Source: Reclinomonas americana ATCC 50394 (taxonomy: Eukaryota). Taken from it: 56,666 bases of DNA. Of this stretch, positions 1 through 13,371 are shown in pieces. Location of the stretch: assembly GCA_048213135.1 (NCBI GenBank), contig PS015145.1:31791-88456 (forward strand), read 5' to 3'. A model generated the notes under the pieces. It saw only the letters and a program-made list of their open reading frames with translations. It was not told the origin of the DNA and did not search any database. A program made the translations under genes and the position numbers. Within the stretch, counting starts at the first letter, position 1; every line of letters begins with the position of its first letter.

Positions 1-3000
1 AGTCGTGGGTCACCGGCGGCCAGTTCCTCACACTGATGTTCCGCGTCGAGCAGCTCGTCATGGTTTGGCGTCTTCTGGCTCTCTCCCTCTCTCCCCTCTC
101 TTCTCTGTCCCATTCGCTCACTGTCGTGGAACTCGGGCAGGGTCTGCTTCAACACGGCTGTCGCTTCCACGTGGTATTCTTCCGCCGTCGTCCCTCACAG
201 GTGCCTGCCATGCACCTGGCTCGTGCGGTGGTCATCCAGCATCTGCGTGATCGGTTTGCAGCACCACTTCGCAGCGACATTGCACTGCGTCGCATCGTGC
301 CTCGCTCACACTTGTTGTTGGTCGGCATCGTGCAGTATGTTCACCAAGCTCGCCGTCGACTCGTCGATGGCCTTGCTCCACTTCGACTCGTGGCTCGACG
401 ACGAGTTCACTCGGCATGTGCTCTCCGCTGGCTACACAGCCGTCATCATTCAACCGGGCAGGCTGCTGTCGGAGCTAGTCGCCGATACTCACCCGCTCAT
501 GGTAACCACTGTCGTGCGACCCGCGCGCGCACTTGGCAGAGTGTGTGTGTTGATTCGAACTGTGTATGGTGCGTGCAGGAATCACCCGCCCAACACGCCA
601 ACTGGTCCATGTACTTGCACCATCAGTTCGCGTGGCTGCATTTCGCCTGCCGCATCCCCTACATCATCGCGTCGTCGCTCAACTTGAGTGGCGCGCTTCC
701 GATGGCCGATGTGGGCGACAACGGCGAGTGGCCAGTACGGCGAGCGCTTCGCCGTCTCCCGGCGACCGTCGACCCTGTGGCCGCGCGGCGTCTAGCACTC
801 ACTCGTTGGTGCACTGGCATCGCCGACAAGGCGCAGCGAGGATTGGAGCCCGATGCGGTGACAACGGCCGACGAGCACGCTTTTGCAGCCAAGTATCGTC
901 TGCTGTTGACAAACCCGGAATTGCCGCTCGACACCACACTCCAGCGTGGTGGGCGGGCACTGCTGGCCACTGTTGTGGCTGTGGCTATGCTGCTGCCTTC
1001 CGAGCAAGTGCCGGCTCACGTGCTCCGTGCCTTGCTCCTCTGCAGCGTACTTCAGCGCCACCTGACGCTGGCACAACGCATTGTGCTGGCTGTTGAGGTG
1101 CGTCTCCGCCTTCCGTCGTGTATTGCGATGAACTCTTGACACTCACCTTTGTTTTCCGCCTGCGCAGCCGTCGCCGATTCCCGGCCCCATTCTGGCTCAC
1201 ATAATGCAGGCTCTGCACTTGTCTGTGACCGTGGCCGACGCGGCGCTGCACGTCAGTCGCGACGAGGAGGTATGCAGATGAGCCGCCATTCATTGCTAAT
1301 CTCGCGATTTTGCTTAGTCTTCTGTTGTACACGCACAGGACTTTCTTGTGCAGTGCACGGCAGGCTCGCCGAACAATGTCGCCGACATCTTTGACGGCCG
1401 CCTGCTAGCGCACGTGCTTCTCCACACAGCCGCGTCGCCAGCGGTGGACGTGGACACATTTGGCCAGCATGTCGAGTGCTTCCGAGACTGGCAGTGGGTG
1501 ATGCACGGTCTTACTGTTGCCGGCGTCGATGTGACTCGTATCCAGACCGAAACTGCCGAGTACTCGCACGTGTCTGTGCTGCCTGCATCAGCGGCAAACG
1601 CCGGCCACATTCGTCGCCGTCTGCTGCCCGTGAGAAGCATGCTGGAAAACTCGGGTGTGCGATTATTTTTGGGGGCGCACTCTGTTCTCGACACACCACC
1701 GCTCATGGCGTTCTCTTACTCCACAGTGTCTGGACTGAAGTTTGCCGAGGCCAGCGCACAGGAAGTCCGCCAGTGGAACGAGGACGCGCTGGCACAGGAA
1801 CGAACGTGGGTGGAGATATACCACTATCACAGCGACAGGGTGAGTGCCGCTTGCTGTCGTGGTGTGTTGTCGATTACTACTCACCGCCGCACTGCTGCCC
1901 TTGTTCCATTACGTGCAGGTGCTGCGCAGTGCCCGGTCGGCTCGTGTTGAAGCCAAACCGCAGCACCCCATGTTTCTTCGAGGCAAGATGCGGAAAGAGG
2001 CTCAGTCGTACGCCCGCATGCATGCATCTGCAATGGCTGCCGGCCTGCCGGACATTGTTGCGTGTGGCCGTGAGAATGTGCTGCGCAGGGCGAGCGCAGC
2101 ATTCACTTTTATTGTTGTGTTACGTAGATTATTCCAACAAGCCGAGAGGAGCAGGCGACAATGCGGCGAGTGTATGACCAGCGTCGGAGGGAGCTGGAGG
2201 CCGCGTACGCTCTCTGCGAGAACGACGAGGCCGCTGGCACTGCTGCACTGAGTCGCATTCATGCGGGACGTCACGCGGAACTGTATCCAGCGTTGGGAGA
2301 GGGCTTTCTGCCGGTCTGTCACTTGGCATTCTCGTAGTGCTGTCAAACAGGTGCTCATCTTCCTATCTGTGCAGGAACCATGGCAAGAGAAGATGCTGGA
2401 CTTGATTGACCTCCGTCGCTCCATGTTGGTGTGCGCGCCGACCTCGTCGGGCAAGACATTCATTTCTCTCTTGCTGATGGAGCGTGTTCTGCGCTCTGAC
2501 AACACCGGTGTTGTGGTGAGCTTGCCATTTTCGCTTGAGACTGCACTCGCTGCATTTAACCTGGCATGCAGATCTATGTGTGTCCGACCAAGGCGCTGGC
2601 ACAGCAAGGTTCCGCCAATGTGCTCACTGTGTGNNNNNNNNNNNNNNNNNNNNGACTTGCCTCCAACTTCGCGCATCGTGTGCAGCTCGTCAAAAATCAC
2701 CCACTTGATGCTTTCGTACCAATTGTTACGGACGGCAGTCGGTGAGGTGAGAATGAGCTCGAGAACAACGGGCACGGTGACGAGGATTTGCACGCCGCCA
2801 CCCTGTGCATCTTGTCTGCAGTAGTCATGACATGTAAGAATCCCGTTGCAGTCAGGCGTGCGACACAGTGCAACACACCCAAATCGCTGCGCGCTGGTCA
2901 GCAGGGCCACTCGAGGTGAATTTTCTTTGCGGAAACGGTACGCCGTCAACGTCACTGCATGCAACGCAGTTGAGTCAAGCGCCTGCAGTAGCTGACAAGT

Positions 3001-6000
3001 ACGNNNNNNNNNNNNNNNNNNNNNNNNNNNNNNNNNNNNNNNNNNNNNNNNNNNNNNNNNNNNNNNNNNNNNNNNNNNNNNNNNNNNNNNNNNNNNNNNN
3101 NNNNNNNNNNNNNNNNNNNNNNNNNNNNNNNNNNNNNNNNNNNNNNNNNNNNNNNNNNNNNNNNNNNNNNNNNNNNNNNNNNNNNNNNNNNNNNNNNNNN
3201 NNNNNNNNNNNNNNNNNNNNNNNNNNNNNNNNNNNNNNNNNNNNNNNNNNNNNNNNNNNNNNNNNNNNNNNNNNNNNNNNNNNNNNNNNNNNNNNNNNNN
3301 NNNNNNNNNNNNNNNNNNNNNNNNNNNNNNNNNNNNNNNNNNNNNNNNNNNNNNNNNNNNNNNNNNNNNNNNNNNNNNNNNNNNNNNNNNNNNNNNNNNN
3401 NNNNNNNNNNNNNNNNNNNNNNNNNNNNNNNNNNNNNNNNNNNNNNNNNNNNNNNNNNNNNNNNNNNNNNNNNNNNNNNNNNNNNNNNNNNNNNNNNNNN
3501 NNNNNNNNNNNNNNNNNNNNNNNNNNNNNNNNNNNNNNNNNNNNNNNNNNNNNNNNNNNNNNNNNNNNNNNNNNNNNNNNNNNNNNNNNNNNNNNNNNNN
3601 NNNNNNNNNNNNNNNNNNNNNNNNNNNNNNNNNNNNNNNNNNNNNNNNNNNNNNNNNNNNNNNNNNNNNNNTTCGCGTGTCTTATGGTTGCATCCCCCCC
3701 TATGCGTACAATCACTGACCGTTACCCATCCAAAAACAGCACTGGAACGCTTGCTTCTCCTGACACCGTGCCCGTTTGTTGGTTTGTCTGCGACGATTGG
3801 TAATGTGGAGCCCTTCAGTGACTGGCTGGTCTGTTTGTGTGTATGAATCATGCACTGTTCTTTGTTGATGAGCCACAAACATCGCTCATTCCTGGACACA
3901 TGCAGCGCGACATTTGTCGGAAGCGCGCAAATCCAGCGTACCGCGACTTCGAGACTGTCGTCCAGGTTGACCGCTTCAGCGACCACTTGCCGTCGGTGTA
4001 CACCTTGTCGGAAGAGGCTGGTGCTCGTGGCTCACTCGAAGCGGTTCGTTCATGAGTTTCTTTGCACTCTCGTTGTCGTGTTGTGTGCTCACCGCCGAGA
4101 GTCTGCTGCTCCAGTTTCATCCGTGTGCCGCAGTGGAGGTGGCACAACTTCTTCGATCGTCGCAGTTCCCGTCCACTGTCAAGCTTTCGCGCGCGCACTG
4201 CAGTCAACTGCGTGACGATCTGAGTGACCGACTGCGGCAGTCACGTCTCGAGGCGCAGATCGACGTGCCTGCTCTCACATCCAAAATCGACGGCCTGCTC
4301 GGCACTCTTGAGAGGCTGGTGGTTCCTCTGGCTGCAACGGATTACGCCACACGTTCACGAGTACGCCAGTGGGAACGCGAGGTCACTCACGTGCTGTGGA
4401 GGTGAGGAGCACAATACCGACACAGCGTTCGCAAATCATCGCTCAAGATCACCCCTTGTGCGCAGATGCGTTCACTGGGCACAAGATGGCGATCGTGAAC
4501 CCATGGAACCAGCTGAGCTTGACCTTGCGGATCGCCTGATGCGTCGCGCCGTGGACGACGTCTTGGAAAAGTATCGCCGTCCTCTTGCGCAGGCTGTCGG
4601 CAACTCCGCACCGTACCGCCGTCCAGAGCAGCTGTTGCCACTTGTTGAGATCCTCCGCGAGCGAGGTCCGTTGCTACTGCTACATGTGTTGCTGTCAACA
4701 GTGCATGCACGCAAACCTCAGTGCTTCTCCTCAACCAAATACGACAGATTTGTTGCCTGCCCTGGTCTTCTCCTTCTCCCGCCACAAGGCCGAGAAGGCT
4801 GCCATTGCAATCGCCGAGTATGCCAAGACGGCATTCGATTCTCGGCAGCGTCTGAATGCTGCGGACTTGCAGCGCATCGACGAGGAGCAACTCGTCAACT
4901 TGGGCCCTTTGACTCTCGGCGTGAAAGACGAGGAGTTGGATGCTGCAGACCGGTTGCTGAAGCAGCTCTTCGAAGCGCTCAAGAACGGTGATTATTTACG
5001 AGGCAGCGTACTGTCACTGCTTATGTATGCTGACAGTTGTTGCTCTGGCACCTGCAGGTGTTGGTCTGCACCACCGATCTCTGCCGCCGAGCTATCTCCG
5101 CCTGGTTGAGGTCATGTTCCAAACCGGCAAGCTTCTGGTCGTGGTTGCCACGGGCACACTGGCGTACGGCGTGAACATGCCAGCGCGGACTGCCGTGTTT
5201 CTGTCGGATTCCGTTCACACGACGCCTGTCATGTTCCAGCAAATGAGTGGACGCGCTGGTCGCCGTGGGTTCGAGAATGGCGGCGGCATTGGGCACTTGG
5301 TGTTTGTGGACTTCAACATGCAGCGCATTCAGCGCCTGTTGACTGCGCGCTCGGCCGACATTATCGGGCACCTGCCGGTGACACCCTCGGCTGTTCTTCG
5401 CCTGCAGATCTTTGCCAGGCAAGCACGAGATGGCAAATTGGTGTGTGTGCAATGTGCATGCGCCATCAGTTGTTTTCTACTGCGAACTCACTCAACAATG
5501 TGTGTGTGTGTCACCGCCAACCAGGCCAGACAACTTGTCAATCGAATTGTGGATTCGTCTCTCTTTGTCCGCGGTCGACAGGAGCGCCTCAATCAAACGC
5601 ATCAGCTGGGTCGTTTGAGCCTCGAGATTCTGCGTCGACTTCGCTTGGTCGATTCTCGCGGAGACCCGCTGTCGTCGGCTGGCCTCGTCGCCCACATTTT
5701 CTACACCGAGCCTGCCAACTTGGCTCTCGGCTTCCTGCTCAGCCGCGGCCTCATCCACGAGCTGGCCAAACGACATGCCGAAGGCCGCGAGCGCTTGCTC
5801 CTCCATCTGATGGCATTCCTGTTCATGCGTAGCTTCCCGTCGCGCTTCTGCAAGGAGGAGGAGGTGCTGACACTCGATCCGCCTGACGAGAAGTGCGTGG
5901 TCTGATAGTTGCCATGGTTCTCCACGCATGATGTGCACTGACGCCAGCGTTGATTGTTGGACAGGCTGTTGCAAGGACTGCGCGATTACAACGAGGAGGT

Positions 6001-7020
6001 GCTTCAAGTCGCGAATGACTACGTGTTCCAGTTCGTTCGTGCGAAGATCCGCCAGGGCGAGTTGCAACCAGTCGACCGATTGCCATTTTCCGAGTTCGGC
6101 TTCCCTCGTCAGCCTCTGGTGGCAGCAGAGGGAGCCGATGGCAACAGCCTGTTGCACACCCTTGAACGACACCGAGTTCGGCGCGGTTTGTGCCATCCGC
6201 TGCTCGCCGCGGTCGGCTACAGTGACTGGTTCGGCGAGGAGTCGGCATCCGAGTTTGCGCTCTCGGTGCGCGACGACATTTATGTTGGCGCCGAGTGCAT
6301 TCCGTCTGTGCGCCTGGACGGTACGTCGTGTTCGCCCCACTGATAGCCGTTGCGTTGTGTACCGCAGTCGCGTAACCAGTGTGACTTGTTCGCAGTGCGA
6401 CCGCTGGCCTGGGTCACCGTGTTCTACAACAACATGAACTTGAAGAAGGTGGCAAAGCAGTTCAGCATGTCGGTACGTTACAGGGCCACAGTTCTCTCTG
6501 TTTTATGAGTGCTTGGACGAGGCGAAGTGCTCACTTGCCACGCTGTGTAGCCGTCGGATCTGGAGCGCGATCTGCAGGACTTTGGGAAGATTCTCCGCAA
6601 GTGTCACACGGCACTGAAGGTCATGGTCGAGGAGGGTACCGAGTGCCCGGTGACCAAACTCTTTGAGTTACGCGCACATTCTCGCACCGGCTGGTGGTCT
6701 TCGTGCGACGACACAACTCACAGCAGTCGCCACACAGCGATCTGTCGAACAATTTCACAAAGAAACTGGTGGCTGCCGGTCTCCGACCCGGCCACGACGA
6801 CTACGATCGTCGACGGAAGCAGTGGAAAGAGCGCCCTCCAGTGGCCAGAGAAGGAATGGATCCGAACGCCACGCTATTGCGCCAACACGGCGGTGCCAGC
6901 AGTCGCCAGCTCCGTCGTGATCGCGATCTGTACGCCGAGTACGGCAGTGGTGCTGCTGCGGCCGACAGCGCGTGGACTGGCGAGGACTATACCGACGATG
7001 GTGACGACGGTGCGGATTAA
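1..7020 (+). CDS. DDX60: DDX60-like Ski2-family DExH RNA helicase (5' partial, multi-exon)
   Basis: Spliced motifs in order: [13 protein letters not shown] (N-terminal region), [13 protein letters not shown], motif I APTSSGKT (~2435), Ia [22 protein letters not shown] (in the inverted contig 2654-3003), [11 protein letters not shown] (~3781), [46 protein letters not shown], then [13 protein letters not shown] as in the DDX60 C-terminal region. TAA at 7018-7020. Confidence 0.85.
2654..3003 (-). other. Gap-flanked contig carrying helicase motif Ib/II exons in inverted orientation
   Basis: The minus strand encodes [17 protein letters not shown]...[14 protein letters not shown], the segment missing from the + strand helicase between motifs Ia and III. 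Confidence 0.9.
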
Positions 7021-7344
7021 CTCACCACCACTGCCTTCCGAGGCCCAGTTCGAATTCGAAGTGAAGGTGCAATTGCCCTTGTTGTTGAAATGCATTGCTT
7101 CGCACATCGCAACGTGTACAGCAGTACTTGCCAGCAAGAGAGTTGTACTTATCAACTCACTACCCCCTTTGGCTTTAGGCATGCATGCATGCATGAGCAA
7201 GGCGAGTCGCAACAATTGGGCATCGGTGAACGAATGAATCCATCCATTTGCCTTTGCCTTTGCTTGCTTGCTGAAGAAGGAGAGCAGGCAGCTGCAGACT
7301 TCCTCACCGAGACATAGAGTGAAACAAGAAGAGACGCAGCGTCC

Positions 7345-10300
7345 ATGACCAGCGACATCCGCACTGTCATGTCGCAGGCCATTGAGGCTCTGGCGAGACA
7401 CGATGCTGCCGGGTATGCCGAGGCCGCGTCTGTGTTGCGACGTGTGTCACCAGAGACCGTGAAAGTGCGTGCACACACAAACACACGCACACACACACGC
7501 ACACACAGAGAGAAGAGTCATCTCCGCGCGCGCGTGACCTCGTGCGCATGACACAACGCGTGCAAGACACGTGAAATGCAGCAGCCACTGACACACACAC
7601 GCGCTCACATGCTCTGTCACCCTTCTCACTCTCTCACACACACACACTCGCATCTCCATGTGATTTCCCTCTCACTCTCTCTCTTTCTGCTCTGTCTCGC
7701 TCACACAGACCCCCGACGATGTGGTGGCGGCCTTTGTGGAGGACCTCTTCCAGGCGTCGCACCTGGAGGACCCACATGCACTGCATCAGCTGACCTTTCT
7801 GACACGCATTGCCAATACCTATGCCGTGACCACACTCGAGGTGCGCAACTTCAAGCAAAAGAGAGAATAGTCTGCCTTCACTTCTCCATTCTTCTCACTC
7901 TGTGGTGATGATGATGGTGTCAGCTGCTGGAGCTCAAGAGCATCGGAACCAACTTGGCTGGTGCGTTATTTCTCAGTGCCGTCGTCGTCGATATAGTTTG
8001 TACTCATTTTTCGTGCACAGTGCTCACCGACACACTGGCGCGACTCCAGCGAGTGTACAAGAGCGCCAGGCGGCTGGCATCGTCGAACAAGCGCGAGCCG
8101 TACTCGCAGCTGTTGCTGGAGCTGCAGCTGCTGGAGTGGATGCTGGTGTGTGTGTATTGAGACAGACTCAATTCTCCGCTCCGTCTCTCACGTGGCTGTT
8201 GCGCAGGAGGCAATGGTCAAGGTGGCCGTGCACGGCCATCCGCCAGGCCCCATGGACAAGTCGACGTCGACGCTGTTGGATGTCGGACCGGGTTTGCCGC
8301 TCCGCGCGCTGCGCACGGCGTTGCGGGCCAAGCCGGCGTCTGGTGAGATGCCGCCCTTGAATACTGCGTTTTTGGCGGCACTTGCCGACGCGCCACGCAA
8401 GAACACACTGCGAGTTGCGTCCCCGGCGCTTCTGCCTTGTCGTGTGCATGTTTTCAAACTCACGCGCATCGCATCGACAGCACGTGGTTTCCATTCATGT
8501 CCTCCGCGCGACCGCCATTGCCACCCTGTCGGAGGTGCCCCTCTTACAACTGCACTGCTTCTTCTCCTTCCTCGTCTCATGTCGTCTTCGTTGCAGAGCG
8601 AGGCAATCACGGCCGTGGAGCACATTCAGGAGTTCCGCAACCGCTCCAAGATGGACGAACTAGTCAAGCTCGCCGTCATCAGCGCCCTCTTTGAGATCGT
8701 CGCCTGCAGCAATTCGCACGTGGTGTGCGAGGAGGCGTACTTTGGCACAGGCCACCGCAACGGCAATCCCCAATATCCCGGTCTTCCTGTTGCGTACGCA
8801 CAGCAGCACACAACAACAAGCGTGTACGTGCTCACTCACCCCATTCTCTTTCAACATGGGCACACAGGAATTCATGCAATCAAAGGTCGATCTCGTGCAC
8901 AGCATGGCCGTGCGCGGCCTCATTGACCTGCTGGAACACCCTCTGCCGTCGATTCGCACCAATGCGCAAGAGGTGCTGGAGGCGAAACGCGTCAAGATCC
9001 CCACCAATCGCCCCTCGTGGGAAAAAATCACCACCGAGCGCTTCGAGCAGCTGGGTGATGGTGGCGGCGGCGGTGGCGGCAGTCGCGGTGGTGGCAGCAG
9101 CGCCGACCCGGCACGCAGGCAGCCGAATGGCACGTCTTCTACTGCGTCGGCTGTGGGCAACGGGTCGGAGATGCCCACGCCCCTGGTGACCATTGCCAGC
9201 GGGGTCGCTGGTGTTCCAATGGTGGTGGTGACACACGTGGGCGCCTCGGCCGCCGCTCAAGCCTCAGGGCAGCAACGTTCCATGGCAATGTCACCGCACA
9301 GCGACATTAGCGACAGTCACAACAACACGGAGAGTATTCGTTCGCTGGCCAGCGTCGGCTCCCTGGCCTCCATCACGTCTGTCAACCCTGTGCGCGAGGG
9401 CCGCCGGCACCGTCCCTCCTTTGGCGTGCCCGGTGTCTCGGGCATGCATTCCGACGCACACTCAATGCTCGGCTCCGAGCTCGCCACGGCAGTCGAGGAC
9501 AATGTGGTTTGTGTGAGCAGAGCGAGTTTATAGAGTGAGTGAGTGACACGAGAGTGTTGACTGGGGCGCACAGATCGGACCGAGTCGGAGGCGGCATGGC
9601 ACGCACTCGTTCGTGCACCGCACCTCCAAGTTCCCCATCTCGCGCTGCGTGGAGCGATATCGCGAGCTGGTTCGCTCGCTGTACGACCAGGCATTCTCGG
9701 TGGACACTTCCGAGTCGCAGGTGTGTCTGCATGTGTGTTTGTAACATGGCGACTCCACGGCACTGAATAATGGTGTGCAGGTGGTGGTACTGCACGGCCC
9801 ACTGGGAGCGTGCGCAGGTGATGTGGCGAGTACGTATGCCGACGAGCGCTACGAGGATTACTCGGCGGTGTACACGATTTTCATTCGCGATCCGCGAGAT
9901 GTCAAGTCAGGTGCGTGAGAGTGAGAAGGAAAACTGACATCTCACCCTCTGACCTCCATGCTTGCGCAGAAATCCTCCGCATCATTCACGAGAGCCACTT
10001 GTACTCGGTCGGCATTACCACCGACGAGCTTCTGTCGGCGTTCCGCAAGTCCCACTCGGACAGCCAGTCGAAAGTGCTGGTGGCAGCCGTGGTGATTCCA
10101 ACATGCGACCTGGCAGCCATTCATCACGCGCTGCGTACGTACCTGGCCTCCAACAAGCTGCACCTGCTTTTGCTTGTCGGTGACGAAGTGCCGCCGGTCG
10201 CCACGTCGCACTCGCTGCGATCGGCCGCCGCGCCCCCGGCTGCACCACAACCGGTGCTGATGGTGGGATCGGCGCCTGCACCCTCGCCGCTGGAACGGTG

Positions 10301-13300
10301 CCTGGCGTCGGCGCCGGCCGGCTCGCGCGTGTTCCGACTCGCTCGCTTCCAGCAGGCCGACTGCGTGCAACTACTGTCGCAATACCTCGCGCATGAAACC
10401 AGTGCGTCGCCAAGCGGAAGCTTCACCGCTGCGTCGGCGGTCGCTGCTGGTGGGAGCGGAGGTGGTCGTGTCTCGGAGAGTGTGGCCGACTTCCTGGTGC
10501 GCACGTTTTCGGATTCGCCTCTAGCGCAGTTGCTGGCGGCGGCCGCGCTGCGCAGTGTGTGGCGGCGTTCGCTGGTCGGCGGACTGGCCCAGGAGATTGA
10601 CGAATCGCTCAAGCAGTGTGGCTTGCCTGGCGGTCGTGCGGTGGTGAGCGACGAGCATGTGGGCGTGCGACGCGTGGTGGCCTCGATGCTGCGTCACGTG
10701 TCACAAGCGTCGCCGTTGGCCACGGAACTGATGGAGATGTTTGCGGTGCTCGACTCGCGCCCGGTGCCGACCACGTTCTGGCGTTTCTGGGCGCGCATGC
10801 ATGGATTTGTCGGTGGCCAAAACACCGACGAGATGACGTGCGTGTCGGCGTTTGCACTGGGCGCCGGCGGCGACGACGATCGATTCTTGTCGCGCGCCTT
10901 GTCCTCGCTCGACGAGTTGGCGCTGATTGTGCAAGTGGACTCGGAGCTCTACGACATGCACCCGGGCGTGCGGCGTGCAATTCTGGCTGGCATGTCGCCG
11001 GTGCAGCAGACGACGCGTGCGGAGGAGGCTCACGCGTTGCTGCACCGCTTGTACTCGGACACCGTCAGCCTCGGCACCAGTTCGCGGTATCACCTCATGC
11101 TCGTGCAGCTGTTGCCACACGCCTTGCACATCTCCAAGCTGAACGAGGCCGGTCCGGAAAATTGCGAGTTGCAAGTGCATGTGGCGTCGCTCTACTTGAG
11201 CGAAGTCGGCGACTGGGTTCACGCGGAGGAGGCTCTTGCCGCCGCCACCGCCTACAGCGAAGGCGATGGTCGGCAAGCGCGCTCTGTTTCGGTGAAGGTG
11301 CGCTGCGCCGTTCGCTTGCAGCGTGCGCAGGTGCTAATGGCACGCGGAGCCGTGCAAGAGGCCGTCAACTTGCTGCGGACCACCATTGAGGTTTGTCACA
11401 GTAGTCGTCGCCATGTTGAGGGGATCTCACGTGCCTCGTGATTTCACTGATATGTGTGTGTGCGCAGCTCCCGGATGTGGCGTCCGAGCCGTCGGTCATT
11501 GCACAAGTTCACGAGGGGCTGGCCGACTGCCTCACGTACTTGGGAGATCATGCCGATGCAGCGGCGGAGCTGCGCCGCTGCATGGAGCTGTGGGAGGAGT
11601 CAGAATACGGCAATCGCATTCGGTGCAGTCTCAAGTACGCTCGCATCTTGGTGGAAGTGGGCGAGGCGCGTCGTGCCGAAAATGTGGCCATGCTGGCGCT
11701 GGCCGAGGAGTCTGACGACGTCGATGGAGACCCGCTCTCTCGACGCTACGCCGGCGCCTCCACTCGGACCAAGCGTACCGACATTGACGTGATCAATCTG
11801 CGGATAGCGCGCGCGAGTGCGCTGGAGGCACTGGATCATCCGGACAGCGCCATGGAGGAGTATCGGATTGCGTTGCAGGCCATGTCCCGCATCACTGCAC
11901 GGCGGCACCCCATCACTCCACGCATCGAGATCGCCACTGGGCGCTTGTTCTTTGCGGCCGGCAATGTGCCTAAGGGCTCGAAACACCTCATTCGCGCCAA
12001 GCGCCTCCTGTCGGAGATGTTTGGGCCGCTGTCGGGCGCCCTCGGACCGCTGCTGTCGACATTGATTTACGAGCACCACATGCGGAGCTGGACGGCGCAT
12101 GCCAACAAGTACGAGGCCGAGCTGACCTGTGTGTTGTGTGGACCCGATCCGCCGCCGCCGGAGGAACGGTGGTTGCTGGCGTACCGATTGGGCGAGCTGC
12201 ACTCGATGCTGCTCAACTCCAAGAAGGCGCTCGAGTACTGGAATATGGCGGTGCTGGTGTCGGGTGACTTGCGCGAGCGGCAACGGCCGCTGTGGCGAGC
12301 GGATTCGCTGGCGGCACTCGGCGCCGAGCTGGTGCAGTTGAACCAGCTGGAGCGTGGTATCGACACATTGCAGGATGCCGTTCGCATGTACCAGAGTGCC
12401 GTGCAGGCAGCGCACACGCGCACCGAAGCGCAGGCACTGAACCTGCTCCCCGGTTACATGCGGGCGCGACTGCAATTGGCACGAGTGACACGCTCGAACG
12501 CCGAGCGGGAACAGGAGATTCGTCGGTGCGTGATGTGAGAGATGGGCGAGGAGAGAAAGGAGAGAGCAGAGTGGTGCTCACAATCGACTTTTGTTCCACA
12601 GCTTTGTGCCCTATTTTGAGGCGTATGCCGATCCGAGCCAGCAAGTCGGTGGTTCTCCGTATCCACGCATCCTCACCGCGCTCATGCTCCGCAACGCACA
12701 ATGGTGCGCGCGCGTCGGTCCCGGTGTCAATTCATCGATCGACGCGTTGCTGGAGGAGACTGGTCTCATTGAGTTGGCCTCGGTGCGGATGTCGCCTTCT
12801 TTGTGTGTGTGTTTCATTCTCGCGCGCCGTCTCACATTGTTTGATGCAATGCAGACATCGTTGTCGCCAGAGCTGGCATCGGTCCCCGAGGCATCGTCGC
12901 TGGAGACGCTGCTCACCGAGCGCACGCAGCTGGGACAGCTGTCGGCCTGTCTCCGTGCCGCCATTGTGCTTGCAGAAGATGTGGGACAGGTTCGGCGCGC
13001 GCGCGTATCTGTGTGCTGCCATCAATGTCTTGTCGTTGTCGCTGATCGCTGTCGTGCGCTGAGCAGCCGCAGGTGGCGGTCACACTCTCCGACTATTTGG
13101 CGAACACATATCAACGGCTGTACGGACCCGACGCTGCCATGCGCGCTCGTGAGCTGATCCGGCAGGCGCGGCTGTTGAAGCAGATGAACTACATTGACGA
13201 GGCTCTCGAGGCGGAACGCGCTGCGAATCAGATTGTTAGCCCTGCTTTCAACCGCAATGTGACATCGACGGCGCCGGAGACACCGGCGGCCCCGTCACCC

Positions 13301-13309
13301 GTCGACTAA
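7345..13309 (+). CDS. Large multi-exon protein: helical N-terminus, degenerate NB-ARC/STAND-like domain, TPR-like C-terminus
   Basis: ATG at 7345 and GT-AG introns. VVVLHGPLGACAGDVA sits at the Walker A position without GKT (9781). Downstream are FSDSPLAQLLAAA (GxP-like), ATELMEMFAVLDSRPVP and LYDMHPGVRR (MHD-like), followed by TPR-like helical hairpins. Stop at 13309. Confidence 0.6.
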
Positions 13310-13371
13310 GGAAGAGAGACTCGCAGGCGATTAAATTTTTGTTGTTGCTGTTTACCGACTTCAGGTGTTTA

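Noticed and set aside
2868-3986. Long ORFs spanning N runs (also 16347-16951, 18408-19770, 40899-42890)
   Set aside because: Artefacts of translating through assembly gaps; only the flanking exons are meaningful.
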